Shown here piece by piece: positions 48,181-56,868 of a stretch of 64,000 nt of DNA. The notes under the pieces were generated by a model. That model worked only from the letters and a program-made list of their open reading frames with translations. It searched no databases and was not told the DNA's origin. The stretch is from Candidatus Buchananbacteria bacterium (GTDB lineage Bacteria; Patescibacteriota; Patescibacteriia; 2-01-FULL-39-33). Both the position numbers and the translations under genes were made by a program. Position 1 is the stretch's first letter. Each line of letters opens with the position of its first letter. Where the stretch lies: NCBI GenBank assembly GCA_041665065.1, contig JBAYJM010000003.1, positions 5,183 to 69,182 on the forward strand. The letters run 5' to 3'.

Positions 48181-50022
48181 TTAATTGAGTAGCGCTCTGC
48201 GCCTGATATATTCATTAAGTTCTGAATATATGCTTTCAAGTTTTTGGCGGTCGGATTTTTGCTCCGCCTCTTCCAATTGCGCTTTAAGCGCAGTTATTTT
48301 GGAATTTATGTAATCCGCTTTTAATATATTTATAAAATTTGCCAATTCTTCCCTAATTTCCTTATCACTCAGCCTTGATGACTCATTTTGCGACAATAAA
48401 AATGACTCTTCCAAAAATACCTTAAATTCATAATCAGGGCCTTGATCGTCCAACAACCCATTTAAAGAGTCAAATAGGTCAAAAGTGGTGCCCTGATCGC
48501 TAGCACTATTAAACGAATCGATGTTTTTAGTATAGTACATTATGAATTTTTTGTAAAGAATATCCAACTCACCCTGGAACATATCCGTTGGTAATTCGTC
48601 TATTAATTTTTGGGCAAAATTAGGAAAAATAAATAGGATAGAAAAAATTCTTTGTAAAATAAGATAATTTTTCTCTTTTTTATTCTCCCTCTTAACTATT
48701 AGATTACTATTAACCGTATTTATGACCCTATTATTTTGTTTTATTTTCCCTTTTGGAAATGATTCCCACAATACCTTTTCTGAAACAGAAATTTTATCCG
48801 AAAGTTTTTTAAGCCAAAATTCCTGATCTATTTTATTTGGCAAGCCTATAATTTTTGCCAAATAGTACTTGGCAACATTTTTTTTGTTTTCCGGCAGAGA
48901 TAAATCATTGTCACTGATTGCTCTGTCTAAAAAATATTGCATGATAGGTTTGGCTTCCTCAATCGCCCTTTTCCAGTCTTGAGGATTATTGGTTGCGCAC
49001 TCGCCAGGATCCTTGCCGTAGGGTAAAGTGATAACACTGACATTCATTTCATTTTGCAGTGCTAAATCAGCGCTTCTCTCGGCTGCGTTTTGGCCAGCCA
49101 AATCCATGTCCAAAGCAAGAGCCAAATTTGTAGTAAACCTTTTGATTAAAACTATCTGCTCCTGGGTTAACGCCGTACCGGATATTGATGCGACATTTTT
49201 TATTCCTGCTTGATGTGAAGGAATCACATCCATATAACCTTCAACCAAAATGCATAAATTATTTTTTTTAATATAATTTTTTGCCAGGTTCAATCCAAAT
49301 AAAACCGCGCTTTTATTATATGTTTCGCTTTGGGGGCTATTAATGTATTTAGCCTGTTCTTCCTTGTTTAAAGTTCTACCGCCGAAGCCGACAATTCTAC
49401 CGTGAATATCTGAAATAGGAAACATTATTCTACCCCTGAACCTATCATAAAATCCAGACGCGCCATTTCTTTTGACGGTTAAGCCTGCGGAAAACAATTC
49501 TCGATCGCTGAAATTCTTTTTTTTCAAAAAATTGATTAAATTATCCCATTGATCAATTGAATAGCCAATTTTAAAATCTATAATTGACTCCTCAGTTATT
49601 TTTCTATCAATTAAATAATCTTTGGCGGCTTTGGCCTGAGTGGAATCAAGCAAAATTTTATGCCAGTAACGTGCGGTTAAGTCTAAAATTTTAAGCATTA
49701 TATCATTTTGAGAATCTTTTTTTATGTCGCTAGGCTGATAATCAGGCAAAACGACGCCCGTTCTTTTGGCCAAAAGCTTCAATGCTTCACCGAATTCTAT
49801 ACCCTCTACCTTCATAAAAAAACTAAAAAGATCCCCGCCCTCGCCACAGCCAAAACAACGCCAAATCTGTTTTGACTGATTAACCATAAATGACGAAGTT
49901 TTTTCATTATGAAAAGGACAAAGGCCTTTGTGATTGGCCCCTGCCGGATTTAATTTGACATACTCACCAACCAAATCAACAATGTCAATTCTGGATTTTA
50001 TTTCATCAACTTCTCGACTCAT
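48181..50022 (-). CDS. dnaG: DNA primase
   Basis: CHC2 zinc finger (CPFHNEKTSSFMVN...CFGCGEGGD). TOPRIM (ILVEGYMDVI). The start is set at MSREVDEIKSRIDIV because the longer ORF overlaps dfx. Confidence 0.9.
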   Translation of the reverse strand: MSREVDEIKSRIDIVDLVGEYVKLNPAGANHKGLCPFHNEKTSSFMVNQSKQIWRCFGCGEGGDLFSFFMKVEGIEFGEALKLLAKRTGVVLPDYQPSDIKKDSQNDIMLKILDLTARYWHKILLDSTQAKAAKDYLIDRKITEESIIDFKIGYSIDQWDNLINFLKKKNFSDRELFSAGLTVKRNGASGFYDRFRGRIMFPISDIHGRIVGFGGRTLNKEEQAKYINSPQSETYNKSAVLFGLNLAKNYIKKNNLCILVEGYMDVIPSHQAGIKNVASISGTALTQEQIVLIKRFTTNLALALDMDLAGQNAAERSADLALQNEMNVSVITLPYGKDPGECATNNPQDWKRAIEEAKPIMQYFLDRAISDNDLSLPENKKNVAKYYLAKIIGLPNKIDQEFWLKKLSDKISVSEKVLWESFPKGKIKQNNRVINTVNSNLIVKRENKKEKNYLILQRIFSILFIFPNFAQKLIDELPTDMFQGELDILYKKFIMYYTKNIDSFNSASDQGTTFDLFDSLNGLLDDQGPDYEFKVFLEESFLLSQNESSRLSDKEIREELANFINILKADYINSKITALKAQLEEAEQKSDRQKLESIYSELNEYIRRRALLN

Positions 50023-50036
50023 ACCTGATTCAATTT

Positions 50037-50423
50037 TTATGCCTTCCAAAGTCCATGCAAATTGCAATATTCTCTTACAATATATTCCTCTTTCGCTAAA
50101 GCTTCGGCGGGCAAAGCAAATTCTGCTTCCGGAGCATCGCCTGGCCTTAGATATTTTCTTAATACTTCATCGCCGGCAATTACTTCAATCCATTCTATAT
50201 AATGGGATTCTTCCATTGGATGAGCAACTGAGCCGACTTTAACTTTTATGCCAGTTGCGGTTTTTTCAACTACCGGCACATGCTTTTCCTGTGAGGCATC
50301 GACGGTATTAACTTTTTGAAGTTGCATCGGCTGTCCGCAACACACCAAACCACCACCACCAACATGGACTAACTCAACAATATTTCCGCATGATTCGCAT
50401 TTGTATATTTGGTTTATTTCCAT
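50037..50423 (-). CDS. dfx: Desulfoferrodoxin (2Fe superoxide reductase)
   Basis: N-terminal desulforedoxin CESCGN...CCGQPM. C-terminal SOR centre HVPVVE...H..E..H...C (EYCNLHGLW). Confidence 0.85.
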   Translation of the reverse strand: MEINQIYKCESCGNIVELVHVGGGGLVCCGQPMQLQKVNTVDASQEKHVPVVEKTATGIKVKVGSVAHPMEESHYIEWIEVIAGDEVLRKYLRPGDAPEAEFALPAEALAKEEYIVREYCNLHGLWKA

Positions 50424-50433
50424 ATTTTTTTAA

Positions 50434-51027
50434 TTAGTAATTTTCAGATTTTAACTGATAAAAAGCCTGGGCATGATCACAGGATGGACAAACTTCCGGG
50501 GCTTCTTTGCCGAAATGCACATAACCACATTCCCGGCAGACCCAAAAAACTTCCTCGTCTTTTTTAAAAACTGTGCCAGCCTTTAAATTATCAAGCAACT
50601 TCTGATATCTTTCATGGTGATGTTCTTCGGCTTTGGCAATTGAGCGAAGTCTGTTGGCAATTTCCGGCAAACCTTCTTTGTCAGCAATTTCTGCAAATTC
50701 AGGATACATAGTTGTATGTTCATATGTTTCGCCATCAACTGCTGATTGTAAATTTTCTGCTGTAGTTCCTAAAATAAAAGCGTCTTTAGTTAAAATAATT
50801 TCCGCAACCTCGTCAGGAAAATCAGCTCCCATTTTTTCTTTTAAAATTTGAATTGTTTCAAAAAGTTTTTTAGCATGTTCCTTCTCTTGCTCAGCTGTTT
50901 CTAAAAAATTACCGGCAATCTGTTCATAACCTTCTTTTTTTGCCTTGCTGGCATAAAAAGAATAACGATTTCTTGCCTGAGATTCGCCAACATAGGCCTT
51001 GGCTAGGCATTTAAGTGTTTCTTGCAT
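50434..51027 (-). CDS. rbr: Rubrerythrin
   Basis: Diiron four-helix E...ExxH pairs (EQEKEHAKKL and AKAEEHHHERY). C-terminal rubredoxin-like CRECG...CPSC. Confidence 0.9.
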   Translation of the reverse strand: MQETLKCLAKAYVGESQARNRYSFYASKAKKEGYEQIAGNFLETAEQEKEHAKKLFETIQILKEKMGADFPDEVAEIILTKDAFILGTTAENLQSAVDGETYEHTTMYPEFAEIADKEGLPEIANRLRSIAKAEEHHHERYQKLLDNLKAGTVFKKDEEVFWVCRECGYVHFGKEAPEVCPSCDHAQAFYQLKSENY

Positions 51028-51145
51028 GATTTATAGAGTTAATTTTAATAAAATATATAACCTGAATCCAGCTGAAATAAACACCAGCTGTCACAGAGGC
51101 AACTTATAAAAACATTTTAACATTAGAACACCTAAAGGGCAACCG

Positions 51146-51400
51146 CTATTTTATTGCCTTTTCCTGCTTTAAGATCCTGATTTTAGCCATTTCTCCCCTA
51201 TTATATCCTCCAATTTTACCGTCTGACCTTATAACTCTATGACAAGGAATTAATGGATTGTAATTTTTGTTTAAAATATTACCAACAGCGCGATATGCTT
51301 TTGGGGAACCAGCCATTTGAGCGACTTGTTTATAAGTCAAAAATTGCCCCTTTTCTATGTTTTTAACAATATTTAAAATTTTTTGCTTGAATTCTGACAT
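51146..51400 (-). CDS. Minimal methylated-DNA-protein-cysteine methyltransferase (Ogt/MGMT DNA-binding domain only)
   Basis: 84 aa. IPCHRV active-site motif. YKQVAQMAGSPKAYRAVGNIL matches the MGMT HTH. Confidence 0.75.
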   Translation of the reverse strand: MSEFKQKILNIVKNIEKGQFLTYKQVAQMAGSPKAYRAVGNILNKNYNPLIPCHRVIRSDGKIGGYNRGEMAKIRILKQEKAIK

Positions 51401-51452
51401 GAGAAAATTATATCAGAAACAAATATATTAGCAACATTTAATTATTACAAAC

Positions 51453-51487
51453 AAAAAAACCCAAAGCAAAAAGGCTTGGGTTTTTTG
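51453..51487. terminator. Intrinsic terminator downstream of the esterase gene
   Basis: Sequence aaaaaaaCCCAAAGCaaaaagGCTTGGGttttttt. Confidence 0.75.
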
Positions 51488-51496
51488 TTGGCATAA

Positions 51497-53173
51497 CTAT
51501 AAAGATAATCCTGTCCCAATAATCTGTAAATCCAAGTTTCTTTGAAAACCTTGACTATTTTTATTGTCTAAATTTAATAATTGCCTATCTAAAAATAGCG
51601 CTGCCTTATTCCAAGAATTAACTCCCAATCGATCATTGTAATTTCCATATCCCATTAATGGACCTAAAATAAAATTATAAAATTGGGGAAACCATTCGTC
51701 TACCATCAAGGGATAGTTTATTTCTAAGAATCCATGGTTAGATCCGTCATAGTAATTTGTTTCAACACTTGCTCCAACTTTTTTTAAAAGGTTTTCCATC
51801 CTTGCTGACTGTGAAAACTCCACAAAGATATCTTTTTTGCCGTGAACAATCATAAATTTAGGAAAATTACTATTACGAATGGTCGTTGTATTGATATAAT
51901 TAAGCGGAGAATAAGTCAAATAAACCCCTGGGCTACTTGAATTATATGCTACTCCTAATAATTTTTGTCCAAGACCAGATACATTTGCTATGGTTGTATA
52001 CCAAGATTTTACATCGCCTTGACCTTCATTCTCAGGCAACTGATTAATTAATTGAGCCAGAACGGCCGATTTATTTTGCACAGCAGGAGCAATCCCATTT
52101 TCACCTGGATAAGCCTTGTAAGGATTACCCATATTAGTAATTAAATCCGAAATTCCATAAAATATTACAGCTGTATTAATTTTACCTCTTGTTTCCGGCA
52201 TAGTTGCTAACAAATTAGCAAAATGCCCACCAGAGCTTGATCCAATTAATCCAATCCTTGTTTTATCAATATTATAATTTCTTATGCTTGCATCTGATAG
52301 TATCCAGTTTAAAGCTGATTTACAATCTTCAAGCATGTCAGGTATAAGAGCTGGGCTTAAGCGATAATTATTCGCAATCACAATATATCCCCTATTAGCC
52401 AAGTCAACTGCATAATACTTCCACCATTCTTTATTTTCTAACATGTATCCCCCGCCATGAATAAGTAATATGGTGGGCTTAGGCGAACCCAAATTATAAT
52501 CTTTAGGGAGATATAAATCTAGTTTTTGCTTAGCAAGACTTCCATAACTAATATCCTTTATAATCCTTAAATCTTTTGTAGAATTTTCAATTTTAATTCC
52601 ATCAAATAAACATCTATAATTACCCAAAGATCTATCATTTTCTTGGGCTAAGGTAATGCTTTTTATTGTCTTACCCTTCATGGATGAAATATCTGCATTT
52701 CGCTTAAGCCAGCGTCTCAATAAATATTTATTGGACACTAAAGGTGTTTTGAATTGATCCTGAGTTGTTATTGGTAATTTAGTGCCATCGGAAAAATCAA
52801 TGCTTAAACCGCAACCTGGCCCATCAACAATATATGTCCAAAAGGATAAAATATCACCTGAAGCTACTAAGTGGCCACTATAATTTAACTCTTCTCCCTG
52901 GGACCAAGATGAATAAGAATAGTCATTTCCAACCCCAAGAACGGTGTATATACCAGTAAATGACATCAAAGAACTTCCCTCTTTAGGATAGACGCCAGAA
53001 TAACTAGTACTTTCAGAAATGGATACATCTCTTATTCCCCTGTTTGCCGAGTTGGTTAATAAAGGAATAATTATATGAGTGAGTGCTAAAAATCCACAGG
53101 CAATAAACACTAAAATAGTTAATAAAATACTAAGTTTAGTGCCATTTTTTAATTCTACAGATCGAATTTTCAT
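51497..53173 (-). CDS. Membrane-anchored alpha/beta-hydrolase (esterase/lipase-like) with an N-terminal domain of about 200 aa and unknown function
   Basis: N-terminal TM. HGGGY oxyanion motif. GSSSGG nucleophile elbow. C-terminal HGKKD/SNHGF (candidate His). Confidence 0.6.
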   Translation of the reverse strand: MKIRSVELKNGTKLSILLTILVFIACGFLALTHIIIPLLTNSANRGIRDVSISESTSYSGVYPKEGSSLMSFTGIYTVLGVGNDYSYSSWSQGEELNYSGHLVASGDILSFWTYIVDGPGCGLSIDFSDGTKLPITTQDQFKTPLVSNKYLLRRWLKRNADISSMKGKTIKSITLAQENDRSLGNYRCLFDGIKIENSTKDLRIIKDISYGSLAKQKLDLYLPKDYNLGSPKPTILLIHGGGYMLENKEWWKYYAVDLANRGYIVIANNYRLSPALIPDMLEDCKSALNWILSDASIRNYNIDKTRIGLIGSSSGGHFANLLATMPETRGKINTAVIFYGISDLITNMGNPYKAYPGENGIAPAVQNKSAVLAQLINQLPENEGQGDVKSWYTTIANVSGLGQKLLGVAYNSSSPGVYLTYSPLNYINTTTIRNSNFPKFMIVHGKKDIFVEFSQSARMENLLKKVGASVETNYYDGSNHGFLEINYPLMVDEWFPQFYNFILGPLMGYGNYNDRLGVNSWNKAALFLDRQLLNLDNKNSQGFQRNLDLQIIGTGLSL

Positions 53174-53189
53174 AGCTATTAACTAACGT

Positions 53190-54158
53190 TTATCGAGCTG
53201 TCGAGGTGGAACTTGTTGTAGCTGTAGTAGACGTCGTGACCGGAGTACTCGTAGAAGGGCTTACGGCAGGAATCTTGCCCCAAAAATATCTTTTAGCATC
53301 AGGGCCAATATACCAAATATTTCCACCCTTATCATTTTGAATAAATATTTTACCTTTATTTGCCTGAGCGAATTTAGCATCAAGACCCAACTTTTTAACT
53401 GCGACCAGAGGATCGTAATCTGAAAGCATTTCTTGCTTATCGCTAAACTTATCGCCATCTGTATCTGCACTGTTTGGATTTGTACCAAGCGCGGTTTCTA
53501 CGGCATCAGAAAGACCATCACCATCACTATCCGTACCTGAATTTAAATTACTATCAGCTAAAGAAAATTTCTGTAAATCTTTGCTAGAAATATTTGTAGC
53601 AATTTTATTTATGTTTCCAAACATGCCAATAGCCACCGTTCCCAGTTCTTTATACTTATCATAGTCGCCCATGAGCGCCGATTGTTGATCCATGGAATTT
53701 TTTAACTCTTGCATCTTTACATCCAATTCTTTTTGATTATCAATTCTGGCCTGATTTAATTGAGCGATTTGAGAATCCCTGCTTGATAAGTTTTGAGTTG
53801 CTGTATTTAGATTGCCTTCCGCTTCTTTTAATTTTGTTTGAAATGTATTAGCAGATTCCAAAAGCTTGGTGTTATCCATGTAAATTCTAACCATATAGGC
53901 GACCATCGCTACAAAAATTACAATGATTACTAGATAAAAAAACCATCTTTGCCAACGCCTTTTTTTAATTTCATGGTGTGTTCTGGCATTTGCCGCCTGA
54001 GCCTGCATTTGCATTGTGCTGATCTGAGCCTGCTGTTGCTGGGGCTGCGGGGCATATTGTGATTGTTGAGGAGCAGGAGCCAGGGCTAAATTTACTCCAC
54101 AATTTGGACAGATTACCGAGGTATCCGGTATCTGTGCCTTGCAATTAAAGCAAACCAT
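53190..54158 (-). CDS. Membrane protein with an N-terminal zinc-ribbon, a Gln-rich stretch, a coiled-coil and TSP3-like Ca-binding Asp repeats
   Basis: CFNCKAQ...CPNCG zinc ribbon. One TM. DSDGDGLSDAVETALGTNPNSADTDGDKFSD repeats. Ser/Thr-rich tail. Confidence 0.4.
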   Translation of the reverse strand: MVCFNCKAQIPDTSVICPNCGVNLALAPAPQQSQYAPQPQQQQAQISTMQMQAQAANARTHHEIKKRRWQRWFFYLVIIVIFVAMVAYMVRIYMDNTKLLESANTFQTKLKEAEGNLNTATQNLSSRDSQIAQLNQARIDNQKELDVKMQELKNSMDQQSALMGDYDKYKELGTVAIGMFGNINKIATNISSKDLQKFSLADSNLNSGTDSDGDGLSDAVETALGTNPNSADTDGDKFSDKQEMLSDYDPLVAVKKLGLDAKFAQANKGKIFIQNDKGGNIWYIGPDAKRYFWGKIPAVSPSTSTPVTTSTTATTSSTSTAR

Positions 54159-54235
54159 ATTTTTGATTTTCTTAATTATGAGATAAACGCTTTATGATAT
54201 TATAGCACATATTAATAAAACAAGCTAAATATAGC

Positions 54236-55018
54236 CTAGGCATATTTTTCAATCCAACCCAAAAAAATCTTTTTTAATTCCCGCAGATGTTTTTTGGACC
54301 TGAAAGTATGTGGGGCATTTTTAATAATGCAAAGCTCCTTAGGTTCAGGCAAAGCTTGATATAAAATTTCAATATGATCCCTTGGTATTGTGCCATCCCT
54401 ATCACCAGCAACCAAAAGCACCGGCATTGTTAATTTTGACACCTCTTTTAAAAGGTTGTATTTCATGCAATCCCTAATAAAGGCCTGGGCCAGTTTTTTT
54501 ATTTTCTTTGTGTCGGTTGTTTTTAGGCCTTTAAGCCAGGATATTTTACGGCACACATTAGGATCATCAAAATCGTATTTTTTATGCGATTCATAAACCA
54601 ATTTCCCGGAAACAACAGTAGATATGGGAGCCAGGAGAGAAACTTTTTTTGGATTTTTTTGAGCATACATTGAAATGCAAATTCCGCCAAGACTATGTCC
54701 AGCCAAGGCAAATGGCTCCTGATACCATGACTGAATTTTTGACCAGGCAATGACATCCTCAAGGTCTTGGTAATAATTTGTCGCTCTTGCGTTTTCTAAA
54801 CACCCCTCGCCTTCACCGACCGAATTAGCAACGTCAAAACGAACGACTGTAAAATTTTTTTGTCGAAAAGCATCAGCCACTATTTGCAAATGACCCTGTT
54901 CTTTAAATCCTCCAAGTCCGTGCATTATAAAAACTAATCCATTTTGTTTTTTGTGTTTCTCCACAATAATGGATAAGTTCTTCTTTTTGCGATTTCTAAT
55001 AAATAATTTTTCCCTCAT
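54236..55018 (-). CDS. Alpha/beta-hydrolase fold protein
   Basis: HGLGGF and GHSLGG motifs. The start is set at MREKLF because the longer ORF overlaps tRNA-Ser. Confidence 0.7.
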   Translation of the reverse strand: MREKLFIRNRKKKNLSIIVEKHKKQNGLVFIMHGLGGFKEQGHLQIVADAFRQKNFTVVRFDVANSVGEGEGCLENARATNYYQDLEDVIAWSKIQSWYQEPFALAGHSLGGICISMYAQKNPKKVSLLAPISTVVSGKLVYESHKKYDFDDPNVCRKISWLKGLKTTDTKKIKKLAQAFIRDCMKYNLLKEVSKLTMPVLLVAGDRDGTIPRDHIEILYQALPEPKELCIIKNAPHTFRSKKHLRELKKIFLGWIEKYA

Positions 55019-55024
55019 GCTATG

Positions 55025-55111
55025 ATTTTTACTTCGGAGAAGGGGGGATTTGAACCCCCGAGAGCTTTGACACCCTACTCGCTTTCCAAGCGAGCGCACT
55101 AGACCACTATG
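55025..55111 (-). tRNA. tRNA-Ser (anticodon GGA) with a long variable arm
   Basis: Reverse complement reads GGAGAGGTCGCATAGTGGTCTAGTGCGCTCGCTTGGAAAGCGAGTAGGGTGTCAAAGCTCTCGGGGGTTCAAATCCCCCCTTCTCCG. Anticodon loop TTGGAAA. About 18-nt variable arm. Confidence 0.85.
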
Positions 55112-55249
55112 CGACCTCTCCATGCTATAGGCAAGACCATCCACCGCTATGGATAACCTATTCTTATTATATGCTACCGTGAGACAACCCTCCAATATAT
55201 TTTATTAAAATATCTTAAATTTTACATTAAAAAACAAACTTTGTCCAAT

Positions 55250-55284
55250 AAAACAAAGAACACTTCACACCTGTGTGAAGTGCT
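55250..55284 (-). terminator. Intrinsic terminator of the DsbA-like gene
   Basis: 10-bp stem CACTTCACAC/GTGTGAAGTG. It is followed by UUCUUUGUUU on the minus strand. Confidence 0.75.
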
Positions 55285-55298
55285 CTTCTAAAAAACTT

Positions 55299-56306
55299 TT
55301 AATTTGTTGCACAATCTGCAGCAGCAGTATTAGCCGTTGTGCCTTCACCAAAGCCCGGGGCAGGCGTTGCACTGGACAAGCTAGCCTTAGAACAGGCATC
55401 TGGAGCATTATTGAAAGCTCCACAGATCGTCTTTAAAAGACTGGCGCTATCTCTGGCAGTTTCCACCTGGGCTCCGTTTATTACCAAAGTCGGAGATCCT
55501 TGTACGCCATATTTTTCAGCATCTGTTTTATATATATTGAAAGGAGGATAATTTCCTAGCCATGTCTGCTTATTATTAAAATTTTCAGTAATTTTGAATT
55601 CCTTATCGGAACTACTGATACAACTGTCTAATTTTCCTTGATTGATTCCATTGCTAGCCAAGCAAGAAGCGGAATCACCAGCCTTCAAAAAGCAAGTCAG
55701 ATATGGCATAAGTTTGTCACCCTGGGTCTTGTCGATACAATATTGCTTCAAATTTTCATCTACTTCCTTTTTGTCGTGCATTGCATAATTGACAAATTTC
55801 AAACTGAAATCAATTTTATTTCCCAACGCTTCGACGACAGGAATTATTCCTTTTTCAATTTGTGTTCCATATGGGCAATAGCTCATAATAAACAATTCCA
55901 CTTTCGGCTTATTACTTTTGGTTACGTTAGCCGATGCTTGAGGGGTCTGGGTATTTACCTGCTTATCTGTTGAGGATGAAGGTGAAATATCTATAGCGGC
56001 GGGAAAGATTTTTGTTCCGTCTTTGGTTACGTAGGCCTCAGCCTTTTGCTCGCCCAAACTAATTTGCATTTTATACAAACCACAATTGAAATTTTCAATT
56101 GAATCGATTTGTGCGGCCGCTTGCCCTTGAGGCAAATCTTTATTAACAAAATTTTGCACTACCTGTTTTGCCTTAGCGGCGGTTAAATTCTTGCCGCTGA
56201 AAGTCTGCAGACCGTAAACAACGCCTGAAATGATAAGCATTATTATAAAGCCCGCAATAAAGCCTACGAGAAAATTTTTTCCTCTTGGCATTTTTGCTTC
56301 GTCCAT
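55299..56306 (-). CDS. Membrane-anchored DsbA-like thioredoxin-fold protein with a non-canonical CPYG motif
   Basis: N-terminal TM. FIMSYCPYGTQ at the position of the DsbA CxxC. GSPTLVINGAQV matches the cis-Pro loop. Several extra Cys pairs. Confidence 0.45.
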   Translation of the reverse strand: MDEAKMPRGKNFLVGFIAGFIIMLIISGVVYGLQTFSGKNLTAAKAKQVVQNFVNKDLPQGQAAAQIDSIENFNCGLYKMQISLGEQKAEAYVTKDGTKIFPAAIDISPSSSTDKQVNTQTPQASANVTKSNKPKVELFIMSYCPYGTQIEKGIIPVVEALGNKIDFSLKFVNYAMHDKKEVDENLKQYCIDKTQGDKLMPYLTCFLKAGDSASCLASNGINQGKLDSCISSSDKEFKITENFNNKQTWLGNYPPFNIYKTDAEKYGVQGSPTLVINGAQVETARDSASLLKTICGAFNNAPDACSKASLSSATPAPGFGEGTTANTAAADCATN

Positions 56307-56317
56307 ATTTTTTACCT

Positions 56318-56854
56318 TTATTTATTAATTAATTTATTTAAAATTATTTCAAATTCATTTGCTTCCGCGTTAAGATCGCTGTTTTGTTCATAGCCGTTTC
56401 CAATTCGATAATATTTACAACCAAAGACAAAAGTAGGAACTCCCCCGCCCGGATTGAATTCATTAAAAACCGCAAACGCCTCTTTAGGGACTAACTTTTC
56501 TGTTTCAGAAGTCAGCAAATCATCACCCGAATCTAAATCATAATGATACGCTTTTATCTTTCCGCTGGCAACATACCTTCTAACAATTTTATCAAATGTA
56601 TCTTTTATCCATAGACAATGCGAGCAATTACTTGTAGAAAAAAGATAAACCACCGGCTTGCCGTCTTCTTGGCAGATTTCGCTATTATTATTAACTCTAA
56701 ATGTTGAGCTTGTTGATGGCTGCTTATTAAAAACAGAAAAAACAATCCAAAAAACTAAGCTTATAATTACAATAACTGCCAAACCCAAAACCAAACCAAG
56801 AAAAAAATCCTTGTTTTTTAATAACGCCAATAATTTATTTTTGCCACCTTCCAT
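56318..56854 (-). CDS. Membrane-anchored thioredoxin-like protein (CSHC)
   Basis: N-terminal TM. FSTSNCSHCLWIKDTF CxxC motif. 178 aa. Confidence 0.5.
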   Translation of the reverse strand: MEGGKNKLLALLKNKDFFLGLVLGLAVIVIISLVFWIVFSVFNKQPSTSSTFRVNNNSEICQEDGKPVVYLFSTSNCSHCLWIKDTFDKIVRRYVASGKIKAYHYDLDSGDDLLTSETEKLVPKEAFAVFNEFNPGGGVPTFVFGCKYYRIGNGYEQNSDLNAEANEFEIILNKLINK

Positions 56855-56868
56855 TATCTAAGTGTAAA

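Noticed and set aside
55019-55195. N-terminal 59-codon extension of the alpha/beta-hydrolase ORF (ORF track 54236..55195)
   Set aside because: The extension runs straight through tRNA-Ser (55025..55111), and its translation (..GCQSSRGFKSPLLRSK..) is tRNA sequence read as protein. The start was moved to the internal Met at 55018.
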